DNA from: Nemertoderma westbladi
Lineage: Eukaryota; Animalia; Xenacoelomorpha
DNA: 64,000 bases
Assembly: GCA_032718475.1 (NCBI GenBank)
Contig: JAUCBJ010006736.1
Coordinates: forward strand, 11,044 to 75,043
Reading direction: 5' to 3'
Made by a program: the position numbers and the translations under genes. The notes under the pieces were generated by a model. It saw only the letters and a list, made by a program, of their open reading frames with translations, was not told where the DNA came from and searched no databases. Positions 25,033 through 37,047 of this stretch are shown in pieces (the stretch's first letter is position 1; the number at the start of each line of letters is the position of its first letter).

Positions 25033-26633
25033 CACTTTACACAAAATTTATTCACTTTCCACTAAATTTATTCACATTCCACTAAATGTATTCACTTTCC
25101 ACTAAATGTATTCACTTTCCACTAATTTATTCCCTTTACACTAAATTTATTCGCTTTCTACTAAATTTATTCACTTTCCACTAAATTTCATCACTTTCCA
25201 CTAAATTTCCTCACTTTCCACTAAATTTAATCACTGTACACTAAATTAATTCAATGTATTAACTTTCCACTAAATTTAATCACTTTCCACTAAATTTATT
25301 CACTATCCACTACATTTATTCACATTCCACTAAATTAATTCACTTTCCACTAAATGTATTAACTTTCCACTAAATGTAATCACTTTCCACTACATTTATT
25401 CACTTTCCACTAAATGTATTAACTTTCCATTAAATGTAATCACTTTCCACTACATTTATTCACTTTCCACTACATTTATTCACTTTCCACTAAATTTATT
25501 CACTTTTTACTAAATTTATTCACTTTCCACTAAATTTCATCACTTTCCACTAAATTTCCTCACTTTCCACTAAATTTAATCACTTTACACTAAATTAATT
25601 CAATGTATTAACTTTCCACTAAATTTAATCACTTTCCACTAAATTTATTCACTATCCACTACATTTATTCACATTCCACTAAATTAATTCACTTTCCACT
25701 AAATGTATTAACTTTCCACTAAATGTAATCACTTTCCACTACATTTATTCACTTTCCACTAAATGTATTAACTTTCCATTAAATGTAATCACTTTCCACT
25801 ACATTTATTCACTTTCCACTACATTTATTCACTTTCCACTAAATTTATTCACTTTTTACTAAATTTATTCACTTTCCACTAAATTTCATCACTTTCCACT
25901 AAATTTCCTCACTTTCCACTAAATTTAATCACTTTACACTAAATTAATTCAATGTATTAACTTTCCACTAAATTTAATCACTTTCCACTAAATTTATTCA
26001 ATATCCACTACATTTATTCACATTCCACTAAATTAATTCACTTTCCACTAAATGTATTAACTTTCCACTAAATGTAATCACTTTCCACTACATTTATTCA
26101 CTTTCCACTAAATGTATTAACTTTCCACTAAATGTAATCACTTTCCACTACATTTATTCACTTTCAACTACATTTATTCACTTTCCACTAAATTTATTCA
26201 CTTTTTACTAAATTTATTCACTTTCCACTAAATTTCCTCACTTTCCACTAAATTTAATCACTTTACACTAAATTAATTCAATGTATTAACTTTCCACTAA
26301 ATTTAATCACTTTCCACTAAATTTATTCACTATCCACTACATTTATTCACATTCCACTAAATTAATTCACTTTCCACTAAATGTATTCACTTTCCACTAA
26401 ATTTATTCACTTTTTACTAAATTTATTCACTTTCCACTAAATTTCCTCACTTTCCACTAAATTTAATCACTTTACACTAAATTAATTCAATGTATTAACT
26501 TTCCACTAAATTTATTAACTTTCTACTAAATTTATTCACTATCCACTAAATTTATTCACTTTACACTAAATTTATTCACTTTCCACTACATTTATTAACT
26601 ATCCACTACATTTATTCACTAATTCACTAAATT
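25033..26633. repeat. 20-bp satellite (ACTTTCCACTAAATTTATTC)n with a 349-bp higher-order repeat
   Basis: About 80 units; variant block TTTCATCAC..TTTCCTCAC at 25186, 25535 and 25884; shorter arrays in each 1795-bp unit. Confidence 0.95.
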
Positions 26634-26707
26634 TACCGCTGTTGCCCACCATCTCATGAAATAAATAACACATTCTAAAATTTTGTGTATTATTAAATAA
26701 GATATTG

Positions 26708-27460
26708 GGGTCGTTTGCACAAAAAGTGGCCAAATTGCGTCCCCTGTAATTTCGCCATTTTATAAGCCATAACTACAGTATATAAACCTTTCCATTTTTT
26801 GGCATTGGTTTTAGGCAATTTTACATATACTGTATTTCTATCGGATTACAAGCATGAAAAGGCATTTTATGCGATGTCCCATTCTATGTTTTTGAGATAC
26901 AAACAATTATAACCAAATGTTAGTAAGAGATACTTCCAGTAAACTACTGTATAGTCCAGTAGGCCTACTAGTCGTTATGCGGGTACACTTCTTTAAAATT
27001 TGTTTTTGAAGCGATAAAAAATGCTATAAATTCGTTTTTAGAGATTTGTCATGTGTTGTAACGTTCGTTTTTTAAAGATAACTTTTGAGTGTGAAATGTG
27101 TATGTGTCAAAGTAAGTATTTTCCGAAAGATCATTTTATTGGCTATCCTATCCGTATATATACGATTGAATGCAAAACGATAAGTCTAACAGAAGTTATG
27201 CCCAAAAGTTAACCAAGCAGTTTTTTTACGTTATTGAAAATTTTCCCTAGGTAACGCCTTTATTTTCGCTCTAACTTTTCTTCTACAAATCGGATTTACT
27301 TCATTTAAAGTTTTTTTAGACCGTTTCTGAAGGCGCAATCCACTATGAAATTTGAAATCAGCACGCAACAGGGCTTTCGAAATACAGTATGTATGATTTT
27401 ATAGGGTTTGCGAAAAATATTTTTAACATTGAAATTGGCCACTTTTTGTGCAAACGACCC
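26708..27460. mobile_element. MITE with 4-bp TSD (Sola2-like)
   Basis: TIR GGGTCGTTTGCACAAAAAGTGGCCAA at both ends; TSD ATTG at 26704-26707 and 27461-27464. Confidence 0.85.
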
Positions 27461-27472
27461 ATTGATTTGATT

Positions 27473-28140
27473 TTAAACTCATTTTATATGCCGACGACAG
27501 TGCTGTTATTTTCTCTCATAAAGATCCTATCAATATTTCCAAAAAGTTAAGTGCAGTTCTAGAATCCTTTAATTTTGAGTGGTTGGTTGATAATAAGCTA
27601 TCCATTCACTACGGTAAGACTTAAAGTATTTTGTTTGGTTCCAAAAGAAAGTTAAAGAAGGCAACTAAGTTTGAAGTCGCTAGTATGGACATAAAATAGA
27701 AAATAAAAAGGAAGTTAAATATTTAGGCGCCACATTGGATAACTGCTTATCAGGAGAAAGCATAGTGAAAAATATTTTCTCGAAAGTTAACAGTAGGCTT
27801 AGGTTTCTATACAGAAATAAAAATAGTTTAAACACCGACTCCCGCAAGTTACTTTGCTCTTCTTTAATACCAAACAGCTTAAATGTAAATTACAAGTAGC
27901 TCAGAATAAAGTAGTACGATTTATTAAAGACTACAAACCTAGGCACCACCTAACTCCAGATGACTTTTCTGAATCTGGACTACTTAAGTTAGATAGTAGA
28001 GTTAAACAGCTACGCCTTAACCATGTGCATAAAGTGTATAATGGTAAATGTCCTAATTACCTAAAACAAAAATTCAACTTAAATGTCCTAATTACCTAAA
28101 ACAAAAATTCAACAGAGTACGCGATACACTACAGTACCAG
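27473..28140 (+). pseudogene. CR1/Crack-group LINE RT 3' fragment, degenerate
   Basis: LILYADDSAVIFS, WLVDNKLSIHYGKT*SILFGS, VKYLGATLDNCLSG, LQVAQNKVVRFI; contains stops and frameshifts. Confidence 0.85.
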
Positions 28141-28599
28141 AGCAGTGTGTCGAACGATTTTGACATGATTTTTCCCCGGGCTTCTCCCGGTTCATTTGTG
28201 AATTTACCCGGTTTAGATGACAATTATTTTATTGTATTCAATTTAATTGCATAATATAATTATATAATAGGGGCCTACTGTATAATGCGCATTATATTGA
28301 ATTATAAGTTTACCTCTCCAATTAGTATAATTCATTAATAAACTCAGAGTCGTTATAGCTCAGTTATCTCATCGTTCAGCCTGTCTACTCTTTTAGCATA
28401 AAGTATTCACATAAAGTTTTAGCAACAATTGACAACAAGTTTATCAATAAAAAAAACCTTTTATCAATAAAATGCTCGTTTTAATCTATGAGCACAACCT
28501 TTTAATTGTTCGGTTTATTTTATTGACATGTGTGTGTTTAATATGGCCTATTTTACGGTGGCTGATTGCGGAAAATTATTTTCATTTTTTTTAGGTTTT

Positions 28600-29020
28600 T
28601 CACACGGGTGAAAAACATTTATCACCCGGGTGAAAAACAGTTATCACCCGGGTGAAAAACATTTATCACCCGGGTGAAATACATGTGTCAGAACTTAATA
28701 TGTAGTTAGTTTCCTTATAAACAAAATAATATCGAAAGCTCATTTTGATCCAGATTCACTCTTGGCGAATTAATATCTCGACCCAATGTTAGTAATCAAT
28801 TAAGGGAAAGGATCAGGTTACAGTGGCATGTTATTCTAACCAAAACAATAAACGAATGTCAATAGTTAAACATTTAAATATTTTTCACTCGGGTGATAAA
28901 TGTTTATCACCCGGGTGAAAAATGCTTCTGGGTGAAAAATGTTTCTGGGTGATAAATTTTTTAACCCGGGTGATAAATGTTTTTCATCCGGGTGATAAAT
29001 GTTTTTCACCCGGGTTTTAA
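28600..29020. repeat. 21-bp repeats (AAACATTTATCACCCGGGTGA) in direct then inverted arrays
   Basis: About 4 copies at 28600-28680 and about 6 reverse-complement copies at 28880-29015; typical of DNA-transposon subterminal arrays. Confidence 0.75.
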
Positions 29021-29088
29021 CATTACTATTTTTAACGACTGCCTCTTTGATATTACGGGTGGAATAAGGTTTTACCATCTACCTTTTA

Positions 29089-29355
29089 CTACTACTACTA
29101 CTAGGTCGAGCGAAGTCGGACATATATCTTTCAGTTGCGAGACCGAGAGTAAACCGCTTGTGGTCGCAACTCCTACAAGCGTCTTCGCAGTAGGTCGCCG
29201 TTGGTTGATTACCTTCCGCCGACCTTGTCAACATGTCTAGCAGTTGGTTGATTACCTTCCGCCTATCCACGGCCTACAGCCCTGCTGCCGACTGTAGGGG
29301 TCCATTTGTTACACCCTGAACCAAGTGTGCCTCCTGGGTTTTGGTATCCAGTATA
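29089..29355 (-). mobile_element. Probable SINE/LINE 3' end with (TAG)n tail
   Basis: (CTA)5 at 29089-29103 next to a GC-rich body with a hairpin (GTTGCGA..TCGCAAC) and a duplicated 21-mer. Confidence 0.4.
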
Positions 29356-29641
29356 GACAGAGCGGGGAGTGTGGGGGGGGGGGGGGGGGGGGGGGGGACT
29401 GGACGCAAAACCCGCCTTGGCGAATTAATATCCCGCCTCAATGTTAAATTCTCAATTTAGGGAAAGGAGCAGGTTACAGTGGCACGTTATTTTAACCAAA
29501 ACAATAAACTAAGCACAATAGAACAGTTTACAGTTTTATTTTTGCTCGTAATCAGCTGTTATTTGCGTCCAATTTCCCCTGGAGTGGGATGAATTATTAT
29601 TGCGTCTCCAGTCCCCCCCCCCCCCCCCCCCCCCCCTATCT
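29355..29641. mobile_element. Poly-G/poly-C-ended MITE family copy
   Basis: G-run+ACTGGACGCAA ... TTGCGTCTCCAGT+C-run+TATCT; core GGAAAGGAGCAGGTTACAG..AACCAAAACAATAAAC also at about 1630, 3760, 7030, 28800 and 38320. Confidence 0.75.
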
Positions 29642-30729
29642 GGAATAGTGATACCGAAGTAGTCAAGTCATATTATCCTTCCAGACCTAATTGTTTACCC
29701 TTTATGTAGAATCTATGTGATAAGGATAATCAATCACCATTTCGACACTTGACATTTTTGTTTTCTTTAAATTTATATAATATATCTAATTTGCGTTTGT
29801 TTAATGACGTTGAGATGCATATACGATCGGAGATATAAAAGTAGTTGTTGAAAATGCCTCTGATTAATATGTAAGTCTCGCCCTTTATTCCAAAATTATA
29901 ATAATATAGTTTTCGTACCAGACGAAAAAAATACTTGACATTAAATATCAATTAATTTTAATTTTCTATAACAAATATTTCCGTATAAGATAATCATAAA
30001 CAATGTATTGTAAATGTGTGCCCATAGTTGTTAGTAAGAAATGTTTGCATAATATTACCATACATAGACAGTTATTTGGGAATTATAATTCTACCTAATA
30101 TTCGTGAGACAAGATAACAATTACTAATTGGATGACAACTCTATATAACTATAACATTCAAGTAACAGTACAGTACAAATGAAGCACCATATAGCAAACA
30201 AAACGAATCGTTATTAAAAGCACAAGGTTGATCAGTAATGAAATATACAATAATTATTTATGTTATAATTAAAATTAAACCGTAGTTTAACGTGCAACTC
30301 GTATTTATTGTGTATTATTTTATTATTATTGTATAAAGTACTGAATACGTCATGGATGCGGCATTTATTTTTACTAAACAATTTAAAAACAACGACAAAC
30401 GATTTAATTTTAAATTCAAACAATTTATTAAATCATGTTCTCGCCACCTTTATCAGTTAAGTCCAAATAAAAACTTATCAGAAAAATTTAAAATTATTAA
30501 CTAATTCGGACGAATATTAGAAAAAAGTGGAAGATGGCCAGGTGGGAGGGGCTGCTTTTCTAGTTTTATCAAACTAGAAACGACTAAAAATCACTGAAAT
30601 AAATTTATCTATTGTATAAATTTTTCCCAAGTCAAACTAAAAAGGACACAAAATTAAAAAAAAAGTAATTAATATGGCTGTGTCATAATAATAATAACAA
30701 TACACAACCGCACTGTAATTAATTATGAT

Positions 30730-33210
30730 TCATTCGTCCCACGGGTCTACATCGGTATCAATAGCTATGCAGTTGTAGGCGGCGTAGCGGAGTTTCTCCT
30801 CGGTTGCCTGAACCGACGGATATCGAGGCAGATAGAGAGCGGACGAACAAGTGCTGGAAGCGGGAAGCATATCCGACTTATTCCGATCCTGGAACACGTA
30901 GATAGTGGCAGGAAGACGCCGACGACCGCACACGAACCGGAGCAATCGCGAGCGGTCCTCGTTGGTGAAGTTCTCCAGAGCCGAGTAGAAGAACTTAACG
31001 TGTCTATCGTCGGACGCCATGTCCTCGATTCGAATGCACCTCTTCAACGCGTCGAAGGTGACCTCCGGGTCGCCGCAGATGCGTCGCTCGAGGTCCTCCC
31101 AGGTGAGCAGCTCGAGGACGGCTTGAGGAATAACGGAGATCAACCCGCGACGGATCGCCGTGATCTGGTCGCGGGATTCGAGCAGCTTGGCGCGTCGCAC
31201 CGCCTCGCACCACCACCGTCTCTCGGCGTACGGGACCGACTGCTCGGCCCCGCACGGTCGCAGCTCCACCGTCCGACTGTTCGACAGCGTCGTAGTAAAG
31301 GTCAGGTAGTTCGCGTAGAGTTCCTGATAGGTCGACTCGTCGGCGGCCTCGATGGCCTCGACTAGCCGGACCTGGGCGGCGTCCACCGCCGGGTAATCCC
31401 GCGCCCATGAGACCGGCTGCCCTATAAGCGACTTCCACACGAACGAGGACAGCGAGAGAACGAGGTTCTCCGAGCCCCGGAAACACGCGCCCATCAGCTT
31501 CCCGATCCAGACGAACTTGGCGAATTCGCGGCATCCGGGGTTCGGTATGTAGACGTCGTTGTCGTCGTCGGCGTCCGGGGAGACCCGGAGGAAGAACGGA
31601 AGCGGAACCGACTGGGAGGCGTCGGGGGGGTTGAGTTCCTCGGCGATGTCGGCCAAGGAGTCCCGGAACCCCCCGCCCTGGTCGATAATCCCCTCCGAGA
31701 GGAACTTACACTCCCACCACTGGTTGTACCCGCTGGCCCAGCGGTAGCTCAGTCGGGAAACTCGTTCCACACCGGCCAGCGAGTGGAACACCTGATGGAA
31801 CACCGAGTTCCTACAACTCGGGTCCTTCGAGGGGTCGCCCCGGTGTTCCATAGCGAGTCGACGGTTTATATAAACCTTGGGGCGATCCTCCGGTTCGGAG
31901 GTCTCCACCCGACGGAGGAGATTGTTAATTAACGTGGAACGAGTCGAACTCAACAACAGAACCGGTTTCAACACGAACAGATCCGAGAAAATAGACGACG
32001 TATTCGATGATTCCATAGAGGAGGAAGCTACGAAGTTTAATTCGTGATCGAGAAGTGAGGCGATTCTCTGCAAGGCGAGAGCGCGTCGATACAGCGTGTC
32101 CAGCGAGGCGGCTTGGAGTCTGGGGAACCGGACCATGGGGTCGGCGAGCAAGTCGCGACTTAGCCCTATCGGGACACCGATGCGCGCGACCATGTCGATA
32201 CCGTAGATGCGCGAGTCGATACCGTCGCTGTGGTTCCGCTTAATGCGGATCTCCAAGACGGCGTGATGATCCGAATAGTCGGAGAGTAGAGGGACCTCGT
32301 AGGACGTAGACGAGCCGCTGGGTGGCGTATCCGTCGAGTCTATATCGGCGATCTTCCGCAAGGAGTCGGCGTCAGGGCCCGCCATAACGACCATCCGGGA
32401 CGGCGTGTAGGAATCTTGGGAGCGGGCAATCCGAACGGACAAACGTTGCAACACCGTTCCAGGTTTAATGGCCATCCGGATCCAGTGGTTCCCGCTAGTT
32501 CCGTCCGACTCCCAGCGACTGTCTGGGTCTCCATCCGTAAGGCAATCCGCTCCCTCAGGCTGCGACGACACCTCGATACTGCTGACATACTTCTTGATCT
32601 TTCCTGTCGGGCCATATTCCCCCGGGTGGGACTTCCCGTATTTCTCGAGGAACCGACACAATTGCTCGTCGTGTTCCACTGACCAGGATGTCCCCGTGGG
32701 CACCGAACGCAGACGTTCCACCGCAGGTACGTTCATCGAACTCGAGGTCAACGTCCGCCGATTAAACAACGAGTAAGTGGAATCCACCAATTTTAAACTC
32801 GCCGCCTCCACCGGAACACCGACAAATTTTAGAAGCGGAATTCCGTTTCTAGGGAGACCTAATATCCACAAATTATGGGCCGTTTTTAGTCCAGCGTCCC
32901 CTATAGGACCAGCAATGGGTAATTCGTCTAGAATTAGTAGCCATTGCCCATCGTTTCTGCAGTATTCCTCTGAATCAACAGAAAATCGCGTTTCGGGGTC
33001 TAGAACCAACGAGCCAACCTGATTGGCTGAACTAGTTTCAGGTGATGTATATAGTTTAAACGTCGTTTTGGTCGGTGCACAGCATTTTACAATAATTTCC
33101 TTGGGCAAGTAGCACAGGGGTAGCGGTAAAGGCGCCCCCTGGAGGAGAGCTTTGCTGCATTCTGAGAGACACTTCAGACGGGCTAAGTGAACATCCACTG
33201 AATTCCTCAT
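30730..33210 (-). CDS. HECTD3: E3 ubiquitin-protein ligase HECTD3 (DOC/APC10 plus HECT domains), single exon, 826 aa
   Basis: DOC domain CLTDGDPDSRWESDG..HWIR; VYINRRLAMEHR; QWWECKFLSEGIIDQGGGFRDSLAD; catalytic LPASSTCS; C-terminus LRYAAYNCIAIDTDVDPWDE closely matches metazoan HECTD3. Confidence 0.95.
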   Translation of the reverse strand: MRNSVDVHLARLKCLSECSKALLQGAPLPLPLCYLPKEIIVKCCAPTKTTFKLYTSPETSSANQVGSLVLDPETRFSVDSEEYCRNDGQWLLILDELPIAGPIGDAGLKTAHNLWILGLPRNGIPLLKFVGVPVEAASLKLVDSTYSLFNRRTLTSSSMNVPAVERLRSVPTGTSWSVEHDEQLCRFLEKYGKSHPGEYGPTGKIKKYVSSIEVSSQPEGADCLTDGDPDSRWESDGTSGNHWIRMAIKPGTVLQRLSVRIARSQDSYTPSRMVVMAGPDADSLRKIADIDSTDTPPSGSSTSYEVPLLSDYSDHHAVLEIRIKRNHSDGIDSRIYGIDMVARIGVPIGLSRDLLADPMVRFPRLQAASLDTLYRRALALQRIASLLDHELNFVASSSMESSNTSSIFSDLFVLKPVLLLSSTRSTLINNLLRRVETSEPEDRPKVYINRRLAMEHRGDPSKDPSCRNSVFHQVFHSLAGVERVSRLSYRWASGYNQWWECKFLSEGIIDQGGGFRDSLADIAEELNPPDASQSVPLPFFLRVSPDADDDNDVYIPNPGCREFAKFVWIGKLMGACFRGSENLVLSLSSFVWKSLIGQPVSWARDYPAVDAAQVRLVEAIEAADESTYQELYANYLTFTTTLSNSRTVELRPCGAEQSVPYAERRWWCEAVRRAKLLESRDQITAIRRGLISVIPQAVLELLTWEDLERRICGDPEVTFDALKRCIRIEDMASDDRHVKFFYSALENFTNEDRSRLLRFVCGRRRLPATIYVFQDRNKSDMLPASSTCSSALYLPRYPSVQATEEKLRYAAYNCIAIDTDVDPWDE

Positions 33211-33360
33211 TTTACAATTAATTAACCAAACTGACCTGTAAACTGACTGAGCACGACCGGTAAGCCTATAATAGAAAAAAAATGCAATATCAATTAGTCT
33301 TACCGGTACCGGTCTGCCGGTAATAGGAATAGCCTAGTTCATAGTTGGGCTTGGCCCGCA

Positions 33361-34425
33361 CAAGGTGTATTAAATAACAGGTCATGCAGCGAGCGGATTG
33401 CTGAAATTAGCGGAGGCCGATCTTTTCCCTATTTATGGCACTATTTTCATTAATTTTCAGTAGGAACTTATTTTATGCTACTTTTCTTAGGTGGATATGA
33501 TGACTACGGTTCATAAAAATGTAATCAAATGTCTTTCTGGAATTTTTATATTGTTGTTGTCAAGGTAACCGTGTACAAAGTTCAAACTTTGCGTGTCTGT
33601 AATTCAAGACGATCGGGGATTCTGTTCTTGAGATTTGGCAGGTGAGTAAAGGAAATAAAAGTCTTATCAAAATATTTGAAAGGTATATTTTTTTCAATCC
33701 TGTTTCCATGGTAATGGGTGTAACGATAATTTCACATTATGACCGCCAGGTAGAAATTTGGCTACTATTTTCTATTTATATCATTTGCAACTGACGTCCC
33801 TGGCCGTCCTGTCCTCTTCCTTTTCTAATAATTAATTGCAAACCAAAATTTAATATTCTGGAATCTTAAAATCATGCTATCACAGGTTTTGCCCTCTAAT
33901 TGGACAGTTTTGTTTGTTGGCACTTTATGTCCTTTACAATTAAGATTCACAATTATTGACGATTGATAAAATAAAATGTTGGTATTTTTAACTTAATATT
34001 AAGACTGACAAACACCGAATAAAAATGGCGTTTTATAGAATTGGTTGACAATTATTTAAATTTTTCATTATATATATTACCATGGCAACGGGATTGAAAA
34101 AATATTTAAATGTAGAATATTTTGATAAACTTTTATTCCCATTACTCGCCTACCAAATCTCAAGAACAGAATCCATCGAATTACTTGAATTACAGACGGG
34201 CAAAGTTTGAACTTTGTACCCGGTTACCTTGACAATATAAAAATTCCAGAAACATATTTTATTACAATTCTATGAACCCTAGTCATCATATCCACCTAAG
34301 AAAAGTAGCACATAAGAAGTTTCTAAGGAAATATTATGAAAATAGAGCCATAAATAGGGAAAAGATCGGCCTCTGCTAATTTCAGCAATCAGCTCGCTGC
34401 ATGACCTGTTATTTAGTACACCTTG
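33361..34425. mobile_element. Non-autonomous DNA transposon with about 350-bp TIRs
   Basis: CAAGGTGTATTAAATAACAGGTCATGCAGCGAGC... mirrored at the right end; arms about 33361-33715 and 34077-34425; no TSD seen. Confidence 0.85.
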
Positions 34426-34792
34426 GCTAGGCAGCTTGCAGCTTGGGGAGTTTAGTCAGCGTTGCCCTGTTACCGGTACCTACAACTACAACAAACACTA
34501 TACAGCTGTAGGTACCGGTACTGGAAAAACAAATAGATGTCAGACACCTGAAGGTTGGCCCTATATTAATATAATAAAAAAATAAAAAATAATAGGGCCT
34601 ACCGGCTGACCGGTACCTGTATAAATTTACAAATCTACAGAATTGACTGATTGATGAATTGTGTAAACATATAAAGATATGCAGGGAACCAGCAGTCAAC
34701 GAAACGTCAACTGAACTGACAGACTCATACGTAGTCAAGTCATACCGGCACGCGGTACCGGCTGACCGGTACTACTTAACAAGAGCACCGAA

Positions 34793-37047
34793 CTGGGTGT
34801 TCAAGAGCACCGAATGCAGACTGGACAGACTGATGAGGTTCTGATTAAGGGCATGGGGGGCGGTTGGCGACTCGCCCTCGCGTCAGCAGATGATAGTGGC
34901 AATGGTGGAATTGGTCTATTGATGAATCCAACTGCACATGCAGCATTGGACAAAATAGACCAAATCTCTAACCGCATCATCCGTTGCCACTTCTCATGTT
35001 CTGGAAGACTGGCTAAGAAGTTTCCTAAGGTGGTTCTGATTGTGTGCTACTCTCCAACTAGTGTTGCCCCTGTAGAGGAGGTGGAAAATTTCTACCACAA
35101 TCTACAAGCAGCAACTGATGGAGTGGATCAGCATGCATTCTTAACATTCCTGGGAGACTTTAATGCAAGTCTGCATCAATCACCTACATCGCCCTGGGTC
35201 TATAGCAATAGTGTTAACCGAAATTCTGTCCATCTTCAGGATTTTATCTCTGGAAATGGATTGTTTTCGGCTGGAACCCAGTTCAAGAAGCGAACTGGAA
35301 AGCTATGGACTCATAGTGGACCCAGTGGTCACAAGTCCCAGATAGACCATATTCTGTTTCGTAGGAAATACAGGAGCTCTATACAAGACTGTAATGCATT
35401 TACACTTCGACCCTTCTCCAGTGATCACCGCCTTATTGTGGCCAAGGTAAGACTTAGTCTGCGTGCTAGCAGAACAACGAAATCTGCCTTGCCACGGCAT
35501 GACTGGTCCTCTCTGTTGCAACAGCCAAGTGTGAGATCCAGCTTCACACTACAGCTGAGCAACAGGTATGAGGCTCTTGCCTCTGAGGCGGCAGATCACT
35601 GTGAGGGCTACACTGCCTTTACAGAAGCAGTTAAGTTAGCAGCTGCAGAAACAGTTCCTGTATACCCTCGAAACAGGAAAAGGGCCCCCTGGACTGACAA
35701 CAAAATTCAGAAGTGCCGAAATGACCTTCATAAGGCGCAGAAAGAGTCCCGACTCAAACAGACTACAGCGGCCAAGAATGCAGTTAAAGCTGCATCTAGG
35801 TCCCTGAACAGGCAGTACTCTGTTAATCTACAGGAGCTAATAAACCAACAGGTTGATGCCATCAATGATGCTGACGACAGCAGGCAATCATCCCAGGCAT
35901 GGAAATCGATCAATCTGCTTACTGGGCGGAAAAGCCAACCAACCACCAAGGTTAAGGCTGAATCACCAGCCGATCGCCTCAATGGTTGGAAAGACCACTT
36001 TGAAAAGCTCCTCAATAATGACAGGGTATTGCCTGATAACTTTATAGAAGTAAAAGTGTCTGAGTCTGTACTCCCAGATATTCCCATTGGCGATATCTCC
36101 TTTGCAGAAGTGAAGGCAGCTGCAAAGAGCATTAAGACCAATCGTGCCAGTGGAGTAGATGGTGTTCCCCCTGAGGTCTTTAAAATACCTGAGTGTTTAA
36201 AGCTCATCTATCCCATCATAGTAGACATGTACCGTACAACAAGAGTCCCACAAGAAATGAAAACAAATAAGTTGGTGCCAGTTCCCAAGAAGGGCAACCT
36301 AACACTCTATGGTTCTTTTCGGGGAATCTCATTGATCTCGATTGCTGCAAAACTATACAATAGAATTCTATTAAATCGCATCAGGGATCCCATTGAGAGA
36401 CTGCTACGTGGAAATCAGAATGGGTTCCGTAAAGGTCGTGGGACCATGGAGCCCATTTTGGCACTTAGAAGGATAATTGAAGAGTTATCAAAAAAGAAAG
36501 ACAGGCATCTGGCTGTTATCTTTGTTGACTTCTTCAAGGCCTTTGATTCAGTCTCTCGCTCACGTATGTTCAGCATACTTTCATTATATGGGATTCCTGA
36601 TGAAATTATTGCAGCAATCAGATCAGTATACGATGGTTCGACAACATTTGTGTCTACTGTTGACGGTGACACAGAACCATTTGAAGTGTTATGGGGCGTC
36701 CTCCAAGGAGACACACTTGCACCATTCTTGTTCATTATTGTGGTTGACTATGTTCTACGCATGTCCTTAGATCATCATAATGATGATGGGGTGATGATAA
36801 CTCCACCTACTGGCTCCAGAAGTCGAGGAAATCCTGCCAAGTACCTAACTGATCTAGACTTTGCTGATGACTTAGGAGTACTCTCAGAATCATTAGAGGG
36901 AGCCCAGCGGCTCCTCAGCTCATTAGAACATGCTGCTTCTAGTGTTGGTCTTTTTATTAACTCCAGAAAGACCAAAATTCTGACAGTTAACTTTGAAAGT
37001 CCTCAGCAAGTCTCTGATCGGATGAGCATAAGCTCAAAGGATGGTAT
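34793..37047 (+). mobile_element. RTE-clade LINE (APE plus RT), truncated at both ends
   Basis: LGVQEHR, GGIGLL, LGDFNA, QIDHIL, SDHRL; RT NQNGFRKGR, VDFFKAFDSV, GVLQGDTLAPFLF, DLDFADD; reading frame uninterrupted until the insertion at 37048. Confidence 0.93.

Larger units (their letters stand above)
19793..25180. repeat. Tandem triplication, 1795-bp unit (gag 5' end, PBS, LTR, flank, satellite)
   Basis: LTR starts at 20094, 21889 and 23684 (exact 1795 spacing); ORF-track translations of the copies are identical; CCA microhomology at the junctions. Confidence 0.95.

Noticed and set aside
20985-26633. CRISPR-like interpretation of the 20-bp and 57-bp arrays
   Set aside because: Units are contiguous with no regular unique spacers, there are no cas genes, and the context is eukaryotic.
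31000-33022. Overlapping and antisense ORFs within HECTD3
   Set aside because: Expected shadow ORFs in GC-rich coding sequence.
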